11,813 nucleotides of DNA, taken from the IMG/VR virus record IMGVR_UViG_2869947659_000003, positions 1 through 11,813 of that record. One strand, 5' to 3'. Below are positions 5,611-11,813 of this stretch, in pieces (within the stretch, counting starts at the first letter, position 1; each line of letters begins with the position of its first letter). Source of the stretch: a virus. Its lineage: Duplodnaviria > Heunggongvirae > Uroviricota > Caudoviricetes. The notes under the pieces were generated by a model. It searched no databases, was not told the origin of the DNA, and was given only the letters and a program-made list of their open reading frames with translations. The position numbers and the translations under genes are program-made.

Positions 5611-5837
5611 TGTCTACCTTATCTACCTTACTGGCTCTCATGCCAGTAATGGCGCGGCTTTCAGCGGGGTAGAGTGCTTTTATCCACTATCTACCCCGTA
5701 TCTACCTCCCTGTCTGATTCAGGTAAAATCAGGTAGAGAGGGTAGATAGTAGGTAGACAGTGAAAAAAGGCTGTCTACCTAAGTTAATATACTGAATTAA
5801 ATGTATTTTTCTTTACTCAGGTAGACAGGGTAGACAG
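5611..5837. repeat. Iteron array (candidate replication origin) with a DnaA-box-like site
   Basis: At least 11 copies of TCTACC / GGTAGA-containing 8-9-mers in both orientations (for example TGTCTACC 5611, TATCTACC 5620 and 5688, GGTAGAGAG 5732, GGTAGATAG 5741, GGTAGACAG 5752, 5820 and 5829, CTGTCTACC 5771). TTATCCACT at 5680..5688 is an 8/9 match to the DnaA box. Lies immediately 3' of the primase gene. Confidence 0.7.
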
Positions 5838-5850
5838 CCATTGCAAAAAA

Positions 5851-7599
5851 TTATAAAAACGCGTCGCAATCGTCTGTTGTTATTGCGTTAGTCTGCGTTA
5901 CTCCCTTAACTTTCCGCGTAATATATTCATGTCCGTAAACTTTCGCGGCTGGCTTCATAGCCTTGCCAAAGTCATTTACGTTTAGCGGTTTGCTCCTGCC
6001 TGCGTATGCCATAAACGCCAGATAGACGCGGTAAAGGCTGTTTCTGGTCGTGTACTTCACTGAATCGCCACCGCCACCCATCATCAGGCCGCGCGCTTCC
6101 TCCAGAAAATTCAGGAACTGGCAAAACTCAATAACCGGATCCGTCTGTTGCTTTATTGCCAGAGCTTCATCACCGTCACGCTGTTCCAGTAGTAAAGCCC
6201 GTGCCTTCTCAGGGTCGGTAAAGTTCGCCAGCAAGCGGCGGATAATGACAGGGATTTCAGCCGCGATCTTTTCCGGTAGCTCCCTGTCTTTTTCTGCCTC
6301 GCTTACGATATTGTCGAAGCGGAAAATAACCCGACGACGTGACACGCCTCCGGCCCGTTCGGTGAATATCATCGGGTTGTTATTGGTCGCCAGCACCACC
6401 GCCCTGATTACCGTAGTGAAACGCTTTTCATATTTCGGGTTGATTTCCACGGGGTCGCCGCCCGTGATTTTCTTGATGCCCGTGCCTTCGCCTGTATATT
6501 TCGGCTGGTCTGCCAGGACGATAAGACGACTCCCGACAACCTGCGCACGCCCACCAGCATCATCAAGCGATGTCATTTCCGCGCTTACCGTGTTTTGTTT
6601 CCCCGCTAAAAGGCTGGCGATGTGGGTGAATGTACTTTTGCCGCTCCCGCCGTCTCCGGTGGCCTCAATAAACATCTGCCAGTCGTACCGGTTCGCCATA
6701 ATCATGTACAGCGCGGCACATATACGCATCATCTTGCGCTGGTCTTTTCCAGCTGCGTGATCAAGCCATTTATGAAAGTTTGGCGCGTTATCGCGGATGT
6801 TCTCCCCAGGTGCTGGTGGCGTGTACTCAATGCCGTTGTGCGTGGTGATCCAGTTCTCCGGCGTGTGCGGGGAAAATTCCCCCGTTTTCAGGTCAAGCGC
6901 ACCATTGGCGAACGGCAGCAAATCGCCGGACGGCTCCCCCATTGGTTCGGCAATAACTTTTAACGCTTCAACGGCGTTATTGATCACGCGTTTGCTGAAA
7001 GTGGCCCTGTGCTCTGAATAGATCGCCACCATTTCGCGGCTCAGCTCCATTGTGCTGATCGGACACCATACCCCGCCGCGCCATACGTGAACGATTTCAC
7101 TTTCCGGATGCACACAAACGCCATCAAAGCGCTCGGCAAGCAGCTGCGCGCGCTCACTGTCTGCCATTTGTGCCAGTTGCGTATTTTTCTGCTCCGGCAT
7201 GGTAAGCCCTGCGGCAATATTTTCACGCTCAGCATTCAGATAGCGCCGCCAGTTTTCACACTTCTGGACGTGCATTCCTTCGGGGTAAAAATTTGCGTCC
7301 TGAATATCTGCCGCCGCCAGCTTCTGACCAATCTTTTTGGTCTCCACTAAATCCAGTTCTCCGGCCTGGTACAGCCTTACGCGCTTTTTCCCATCCGGAA
7401 CAATTTTCAGCGCATCAAGTTCGGCAAGCTGATTTGGCCCAAGCCACACAGGCGGCACATTATCGCCGGATGCGGGGCCATCCTGCTCCTGCCATTGTTT
7501 CGCGTGCGACCAGGCATCACTACCCGCGAAAATAATTACCTCTGTGTCTTTGTGTTTTATTCCGCGTGGCTGTTTTTTTACGTTCGGTGCCAGTTTCAT
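5851..7599 (-). CDS. P4-family primase/helicase (alpha-like replication protein; D5-type SF3 helicase with Walker A)
   Basis: 582-aa ORF with Walker A EATGDGGSGKST and a downstream Walker B-like LIVLAD segment; overall resemblance to the P4 alpha / phage-plasmid primase C-terminal region. Coupled by ATGA overlap to the upstream small ORF. Confidence 0.88.
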   Translation of the reverse strand: MKLAPNVKKQPRGIKHKDTEVIIFAGSDAWSHAKQWQEQDGPASGDNVPPVWLGPNQLAELDALKIVPDGKKRVRLYQAGELDLVETKKIGQKLAAADIQDANFYPEGMHVQKCENWRRYLNAERENIAAGLTMPEQKNTQLAQMADSERAQLLAERFDGVCVHPESEIVHVWRGGVWCPISTMELSREMVAIYSEHRATFSKRVINNAVEALKVIAEPMGEPSGDLLPFANGALDLKTGEFSPHTPENWITTHNGIEYTPPAPGENIRDNAPNFHKWLDHAAGKDQRKMMRICAALYMIMANRYDWQMFIEATGDGGSGKSTFTHIASLLAGKQNTVSAEMTSLDDAGGRAQVVGSRLIVLADQPKYTGEGTGIKKITGGDPVEINPKYEKRFTTVIRAVVLATNNNPMIFTERAGGVSRRRVIFRFDNIVSEAEKDRELPEKIAAEIPVIIRRLLANFTDPEKARALLLEQRDGDEALAIKQQTDPVIEFCQFLNFLEEARGLMMGGGGDSVKYTTRNSLYRVYLAFMAYAGRSKPLNVNDFGKAMKPAAKVYGHEYITRKVKGVTQTNAITTDDCDAFL

Positions 7600-7895
7600 T
7601 TTTTACCCCTGAATACGTTAAGCATCTTTTTTATTTCCTGAATATTGGCGCGTGCTTTCTCCCTGCTGGTTGGTTTACTGCGGGGCGCTGCCTGTACCAG
7701 AGAAAAATCACGCCGAAACTGATAAACAGGCATCACGCAATCATATTCGTAGCCTTCACGACGGTAGGTGATGCGCCGTTCTGCCACGCCTTTAATCGTT
7801 ACCATGCCGCCATATTTATCGCGGTAAATATCGCCGTTCATAAATTCAGGACGAGCGGGGCCGCTGGCAGTAACGCCAGAATTTTTATTTTTCAT
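7596..7895 (-). CDS. Hypothetical protein, 99 aa, translationally coupled to the primase
   Basis: ORF; stop overlaps the primase ATG. No recognisable family. Confidence 0.6.
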   Translation of the reverse strand: MKNKNSGVTASGPARPEFMNGDIYRDKYGGMVTIKGVAERRITYRREGYEYDCVMPVYQFRRDFSLVQAAPRSKPTSREKARANIQEIKKMLNVFRGKK

Positions 7896-7900
7896 GTTTT

Positions 7901-8131
7901 TTATTCTCCGGTGTGCTGCGCTTTATTATTCTCGTGAATTGCCATCACTGTATTTAATTCATTAATAACAGGCGTTAATAGCGTACGCACGGCAGAAAAC
8001 ATCATTGAATCAGATTCATCGCCACTTTCCGGCACATCAATTAACTTAAGTAGTAATGCGTCCATTTCCTTTGCGCGGATTAATGCGTTTTCAGAGTGGA
8101 TTAATACTTCAAAAGGGATTTTATGCATCAC
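7901..8131 (-). CDS. Hypothetical protein, 76 aa
   Basis: ORF in the same operon orientation. No recognisable family. Confidence 0.5.
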   Translation of the reverse strand: MMHKIPFEVLIHSENALIRAKEMDALLLKLIDVPESGDESDSMMFSAVRTLLTPVINELNTVMAIHENNKAQHTGE

Positions 8132-8405
8132 AAATTTTCTCCCTTATTCTTTTAATGTCCTCATTAAGGATGTCTGTAACTTTTATCAGCGAGTTTTTGG
8201 CAATTATTTTTATTGTTTTAAGTTTTCTTTTGTCGTGCTCCGACTGTGATTTTCTCTCCATAATCTCCACCATGTGGGTAACATCAACGAGCGCACGTAT
8301 CAGTATTTGCATTGCTTCTTCTGCTGCGTCCGGTGTGGTTTTATTGCACATGTACCCCTCCGCATTTTTTTTCGTTAGAAATAAGCGTTCTTCTTTCCTG
8401 TTCAT
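8121..8405 (-). CDS. Hypothetical protein, up to 94 aa (start uncertain; internal ATGs at 8351 and 8309)
   Basis: ORF overlaps the upstream ORF (8341..8571) by 65 nt in a different frame, so the true start may be an internal Met. Confidence 0.4.
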   Translation of the reverse strand: MNRKEERLFLTKKNAEGYMCNKTTPDAAEEAMQILIRALVDVTHMVEIMERKSQSEHDKRKLKTIKIIAKNSLIKVTDILNEDIKRIREKICDA

Positions 8406-8571
8406 CGCTCAGGAATACGCAGACCTCACCGCTAAGGCGTTTAAGTAAGCCGATGATTGCCCCTGATTCGCTGTCGGTCATCATGCCAGGGTAATCCTCT
8501 GCCAGTGCGCAAATAACTTCGATTTGGTGGGCGCGTTCTGCTGCCTGTTGTAGTGTGATTTCCTGACTCAT
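8341..8571 (-). CDS. Hypothetical protein, 76 aa
   Basis: ORF whose ATG overlaps the stop of the upstream 66-aa ORF (ATGA at 8568..8571). Confidence 0.5.
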   Translation of the reverse strand: MSQEITLQQAAERAHQIEVICALAEDYPGMMTDSESGAIIGLLKRLSGEVCVFLSDEQERRTLISNEKKCGGVHVQ

Positions 8572-8768
8572 AAGCCTACCCCCTGACGAATACGGGCGGC
8601 GAATACCATCACGCAGCCATCAGGAGATTGCTGGCGTGCTTCCTGTTCGCTGGTGGCCACGATGTGAATCACGCGCGGTTGTGCGGTGCTCAGGGCGATA
8701 AAACGCCAGATGTATTTATTCAGGTTGTACGAGTCCCGCCCTTGCGGGTGTATGGTATAATTTCTCAT
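8568..8768 (-). CDS. Hypothetical small protein, 66 aa (possibly Icd-like); first gene of the replication operon
   Basis: Sub-ORF MRNYTIHPQGRDSYNLNKYIWRFIALSTAQPRVIHIVATSEQEARQQSPDGCVMVFAARIRQGVGL, taken from the C-terminal end of the 469-aa track ORF, with a GAGG RBS. Its WRF...PRV..I.A.SE.EAR...FAAR pattern resembles what I recall of Icd-like proteins in P4-like prophages; tentative. Confidence 0.45.
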   Translation of the reverse strand: MRNYTIHPQGRDSYNLNKYIWRFIALSTAQPRVIHIVATSEQEARQQSPDGCVMVFAARIRQGVGL

Positions 8769-8859
8769 AGCTGCCTCGATAATCTTGCTATCGTTGGTGG
8801 TTAGAAGCCCCGTTACTGCTCCTACAGTGCGGGGTTTCGTCGTTTCTGCACCTTGCATT

Positions 8860-8945
8860 AACAAGGTGTAAGTAACTTTATTTATAGGTGGCTTACATGT
8901 CAATGCTTTTATGTAAGACTTTTTATGTGTATATTGTCTTACACT
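8860..8945. promoter_or_regulatory. Divergent promoter/operator region with four TGTAAG / CTTACA half-sites
   Basis: TGTAAG at 8867 and 8912, CTTACA at 8892 and 8938; CTTACAT-N12-ATGTAAG forms an inverted repeat. Sits between the plus-strand RHH-like gene and the minus-strand replication operon. Confidence 0.45.
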
Positions 8946-8964
8946 TTCATTGAGAGGATTACAG

Positions 8965-9270
8965 ATGGCTACAGGTTCAAAAAACGCAAAATCACAATCA
9001 CTGACAGCTCGGATCCCGCATGATGTTATTGAAGGCATGGAATCCGTAAAACTGGACGGTGAAAGCAACGCCGGATTCATAGTAACCGCCATGCGCGGTG
9101 AAATCGCCCGCCGCCAGGCAGAAGGAAGCAGAGAAAACCCCCTGATTTCTTCGCTCGATGCACTGGCGCAGGTGGAAAAACTCGGAATCAAAGCCGCCGA
9201 GGAGATCGGGCAGCTCGTCACTGTCGCACGTGAAGAACTCCAGCGCCGCAAGACCAAAGAACCAGAGTAA
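8965..9270 (+). CDS. Probable ribbon-helix-helix (CopG/Arc-like) DNA-binding protein, about 101 aa
   Basis: Strong RBS AGAGGA 6 nt before the ATG at 8965 (the track ORF begins at TTG 8950). N-terminus LTARIPHDVIEGMESVKLDGESNAGFIVTAMRGEIARR fits a beta-strand/helix/helix RHH pattern. Fold assignment is by pattern, not by search. Confidence 0.55.
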   Translation: MATGSKNAKSQSLTARIPHDVIEGMESVKLDGESNAGFIVTAMRGEIARRQAEGSRENPLISSLDALAQVEKLGIKAAEEIGQLVTVAREELQRRKTKEPE

Positions 9271-9327
9271 TCACCATCAGCGCCGTGGTGTAAGGTATTA
9301 CGGCGCATTGCTATGCAGGACAACACA

Positions 9328-9501
9328 ATGACCGATAAAGAATTGACCAAAACATTATCACCGGCACGGAAAAGACGGCGCAGAAAGATAGAGCATGAAT
9401 CAGAAAGATTCGCGCCATGTGCTTTTGCCCTTGAGCAATTCCTTAAAGAGTACAGGGAAAAGCGCTCATTGCAGGTATGGCAACGAACTGAACCAGACTG
9501 A
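9328..9501 (+). CDS. Small basic protein, about 57 aa (the track ORF begins at the upstream ATG 9313)
   Basis: AGGA 7 nt upstream of ATG 9328; N-terminal KRRRRK cluster; followed by a plus-strand terminator. Confidence 0.45.
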   Translation: MTDKELTKTLSPARKRRRRKIEHESERFAPCAFALEQFLKEYREKRSLQVWQRTEPD

Positions 9502-9577
9502 TTGCATTGCCCACCAGCCGCAAATGTGGCATTGTTGGCAATGCTCATGCGTTGGGGATAACGTGTAGCTTGTGTCG

Positions 9578-9609
9578 AGGGGCCACCGTAGCGGGTGGCC
9601 TTTGTTTTG
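9578..9609 (+). terminator. Rho-independent terminator ending the plus-strand cassette
   Basis: Stem GGCCACC / GGTGGCC with loop GTAGCG, followed by TTTGTTTTG. Confidence 0.6.
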
Positions 9610-9612
9610 CCC

Positions 9613-9977
9613 GTTATTCGGCAATTGTGGCGCTTCTCCACATGGTTGATATAATCCCACTGCTCAGATTCATTTTTTGCGCAGTAGGTTAATTGTTCAC
9701 AAAGGCGCTCCGGCAACGGGGCGCTTTTTGTTTTTATTAGTTTGTAGAAACCTGACTCAGAGATAATGCTCATATTCTGATTGCCGTCAGGGGTGTAAGT
9801 TAAATTTACTCCCTTTTTATCATCAAACATCTGCAACACTCTGGCGTTAACAATATTGGTTTCACTCCCGCCAGTAAGGCCGGAAATAACCGGAATACTT
9901 TCGGCAAAATTTTGCAGATTCTGTTTTTCAGGACGAACGAAGCCCCGCCCTTGTTCGGGAGAATATCCAGTATTCAT
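9613..9977 (-). pseudogene. Possible 5' remnant of a gene downstream of alpA (N-terminal ~120 codons of the 469-aa track ORF); extent uncertain
   Basis: The N-terminal part (MNTGYSPEQGRGFVRPEKQ...EQWDYINHVEKRHNC) has protein-like composition. The rest of the 469-aa frame runs antisense through the plus-strand genes and is Ser/Cys/Arg-rich, so it is probably not a real protein. No in-frame stop exists until 8568. Confidence 0.3.
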
Positions 9978-10029
9978 GGTTAGATCTCTGTATTAGTGGA
10001 TGGGTGGCGGCTGTGTGCCGCCAGCCTGA

Positions 10030-10218
10030 TTAGTGAACTGCCTCGCAGCTGTCCTTCCATGCCAGAACTTCGGATAAAGACCAGCCAACGGAACGACCGC
10101 CCAGCTTACGCCGTGATGGGAATTGTCCGGCTTTTTCCAGGCGGTACCGACATGAGCGGCTCAGGCCTGTAAGTTGCTGACATTCTTTTTCACGTATAAA
10201 GCGATCTGTGCTTAACAC
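10030..10218 (-). CDS. alpA: AlpA/Vis-like winged-helix regulator (prophage excisionase / transcriptional activator family)
   Basis: 62-aa protein resembling CP4-57 AlpA and P4 Vis-type proteins in size, composition and position next to a P4-type integrase. Start is GTG at 10218 with AAGGGGGA upstream. Confidence 0.8.
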   Translation of the reverse strand: MLSTDRFIREKECQQLTGLSRSCRYRLEKAGQFPSRRKLGGRSVGWSLSEVLAWKDSCEAVH

Positions 10219-10254
10219 AATTCCCCCTTTGTTGTTTCTTAAAGAGTCATTGGG

Positions 10255-10300
10255 TGGATTATTGGGTTGGGTTGTGTCGGATTGTGTCAGGGTGTTTGTG
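10255..10300. repeat. Tandem roughly 10-bp direct repeats (GGTTGTGTC GGATTGTGTC AGGGTGTTTG) upstream of alpA
   Basis: Seen directly, in the alpA 5' region. Confidence 0.4.
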
Positions 10301-10498
10301 GAATGGCAAACACTGGCGGCGGTCGTTTTACAGAAGCATGGGGAATGAGAATAAAAACTCTTTTAATTCATTATGATGCAAAGGCATAAAATTTTACTTT
10401 TACGCCTTTTTTACATATTTTTAAGAGTGATTCGCCAGTGTATAAAAAAACAGTACACCTATAAAAATCAAATGGTTATTACGATGGCTGATTTTTAA

Positions 10499-10560
10499 CC
10501 CGTTGTTCCATTTTGTTCCTTGTTGTTCGTCGTTGTGTCTCGTTGTTTCACGTTGTCCGC
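10499..10560. repeat. Six tandem roughly 10-bp direct repeats (consensus tCGTTGTTyC) just 3' of the integrase gene
   Basis: CCGTTGTTCC, ATTTTGTTCC, TTGTTGTTCG, TCGTTGTGTC, TCGTTGTTTC, ACGTTGTCCG in helical phase. Candidate binding array for Int arm-binding domain, AlpA/Vis or IHF-type proteins. Confidence 0.4.
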
Positions 10561-10583
10561 ATCCTGAAAAATCGCAAAAAAAA

Positions 10584-11813
10584 TTATATTTCTCTGGCTA
10601 TTGGCAATGTGGTTACGTTTTCATGTGTTCCCGCCAGTATCCCTAACCGCTCCGTCCACATATCCAGCGCGTCACGTTTCGCATCCAGATAACGGGAATG
10701 GTTATAGACTCGTTGCATCCCTGGCATCTGATGACCTGTAAGCTGCTCCACGACGTGAGGATCCACGCCTAAATCGTTCAGCATCGTTGTAAAGGTGCGC
10801 CGGATGTCATGCAGTGACCAGTGAGGGTGTTTTAGCCTCCTGTGCGCTAATCTACCGTACTGCGACACGCTTGTTTCCTGTTTCACTTCCCCCAGCAATA
10901 AGCCCGTGTGCCTGTTCTGCTCCACCAGCTGCGTGACGAACGGTAGTATTGCTTCCGGTATGGGCCGGAATATTGCCACCTTCGTTTTGCTGTGTTCTTT
11001 CGGCACGGTCCAGAGCATTTCGGTAAAATCCCACTCGCTGATCTCCGATAACCTCAGTTCTACCGTCCGGCATCCGAAAACAATCAGGAGGCGGATTAGT
11101 GCGACGTAGTAAGGGGAAAATATTTTTTTGTCCAGTGCCTGCAATAATTCGCCAAGTTCTTTGGTGCTTAAGACACGCTCGCTTATATCCGGTTTTTTCC
11201 TAACGTCCGCCACACTCATATCATCAAGAACGTTGCTGATTGCATAGCGCCGCCTCCGGCAGAACTTAAGCGCCTGTTTGCACGTCTGTAGCAAGAATCC
11301 GGCAGTAACAGGCGTTCGCTTTGCCACCTGGTCAAAACAGGCCAGCCAGTGCCGTAGCTCGCATTTATCCAGCGGCATAGCACCAATGTGCTGTATTACG
11401 TGATTATTAAGGCGCTTTTTCAGGGCGGCATAATCCACGCGGTTTTCCTTTGCGTACGACTCAAGCCAGTAGGTGAGCGCATCGCCAACCGTTACCGGCT
11501 TTAACGCTTCCTGTACGGTGTAATTAAGCTCATGACGTGGATTTTTCCCCTCTGCCAGCCATGCGCGACACTGGGCGGCTTTTTCCCTGGCTGATTTCAG
11601 GCTCAGATCAGGATAATTTCCCAGCTTAATGCGTTCCGGTGGTGCCCCCCTTCCCGTTCCGGCCCTGTAAGTGAAATACCAGGTTAAAAGGCCACTGGTT
11701 GAATGCCTGACGCTCAGGTTTCCACCGTCATTAAGAAAGGCTGTTTTTTGGGCGGGTGTGCCGTTGATTTTCCTCAGCTGTGTATCGCTCAGTTTGTTAA
11801 GTGCTCTGCTCAT
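10584..11813 (-). CDS. int: P4-type tyrosine integrase (site-specific recombinase)
   Basis: 409-aa ORF with N-terminal arm-binding-like region and C-terminal catalytic motifs (HDIRRT, GHQ, RVYNHSRYL with the catalytic Tyr). The ATG is at the window edge; alignment with the P4 Int N-terminus suggests this is close to the true start. Confidence 0.93.
   Translation of the reverse strand: MSRALNKLSDTQLRKINGTPAQKTAFLNDGGNLSVRHSTSGLLTWYFTYRAGTGRGAPPERIKLGNYPDLSLKSAREKAAQCRAWLAEGKNPRHELNYTVQEALKPVTVGDALTYWLESYAKENRVDYAALKKRLNNHVIQHIGAMPLDKCELRHWLACFDQVAKRTPVTAGFLLQTCKQALKFCRRRRYAISNVLDDMSVADVRKKPDISERVLSTKELGELLQALDKKIFSPYYVALIRLLIVFGCRTVELRLSEISEWDFTEMLWTVPKEHSKTKVAIFRPIPEAILPFVTQLVEQNRHTGLLLGEVKQETSVSQYGRLAHRRLKHPHWSLHDIRRTFTTMLNDLGVDPHVVEQLTGHQMPGMQRVYNHSRYLDAKRDALDMWTERLGILAGTHENVTTLPIAREI

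Noticed and set aside
5611-5837. The iteron array as a CRISPR array
   Set aside because: Repeats are only 8-9 bp, irregularly spaced, present in both orientations and without unique spacers of uniform length; this is an origin-type iteron cluster, not CRISPR.
6050-7535. Plus-strand ORFs of 236, 113, 74, 87 and 80 aa inside the primase gene
   Set aside because: They lie antisense to a confidently called 582-aa primase/helicase with Walker motifs and have low-complexity Ser/Arg/Ala-rich composition typical of antisense frames.
9466-9692. Small ORFs (64 aa minus, 61 aa plus) near the plus-strand terminator
   Set aside because: They overlap terminator hairpins and have Cys/Trp-rich or low-complexity composition; no RBS.
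10852-11109. 73-aa minus-strand and 67-aa plus-strand ORFs inside the integrase gene
   Set aside because: Nested within or antisense to the confidently called integrase.
1-11813. tRNA or tmRNA attachment-site gene within the window
   Set aside because: P4-type integrases usually target tRNA genes, but I found no cloverleaf-like sequence or conserved T-arm motif by eye in any intergenic region; the attachment site is probably beyond the integrase gene at the right edge.

Overview
This window looks like the interior of an enterobacterial-type phage-satellite island, interrupted at its left edge by an IS3-family insertion sequence (1..~1221). Almost all genes are on the minus strand. From right to left: a P4-type tyrosine integrase (10584..11813), an AlpA/Vis-like regulator (10030..10218), a divergent plus-strand cassette encoding a probable ribbon-helix-helix protein and a small basic protein (8965..9501), a run of translationally coupled small ORFs feeding into a P4-family primase/helicase (5851..7599), an iteron-type origin (5611..5837), an ORF85-SSB pair (4886..5562), a four-gene operon containing homologues of lambda major capsid protein gpE and decoration protein gpD (2436..4470), and a short Nu1-like small-terminase homologue (1832..2272). 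The Nu1-like gene is bracketed by two near-perfect lambda-type cos sites in inverted orientation (cohesive-end sequence GGGCGGCGACCT at 1603..1614 and, reverse-complemented, 2362..2373), and a degenerate third cos-plus-terminator copy lies downstream of ssb (4771..4869). The most interesting reading is a chimeric satellite: P4-type integration and replication backbone combined with lambda-type packaging signals and capsid-protein homologues, which may redirect or remodel a lambdoid helper's capsid and packaging. All homology calls are from my recall of protein and cos sequences; no database search was run. No tRNA, rRNA or CRISPR array was recognised.
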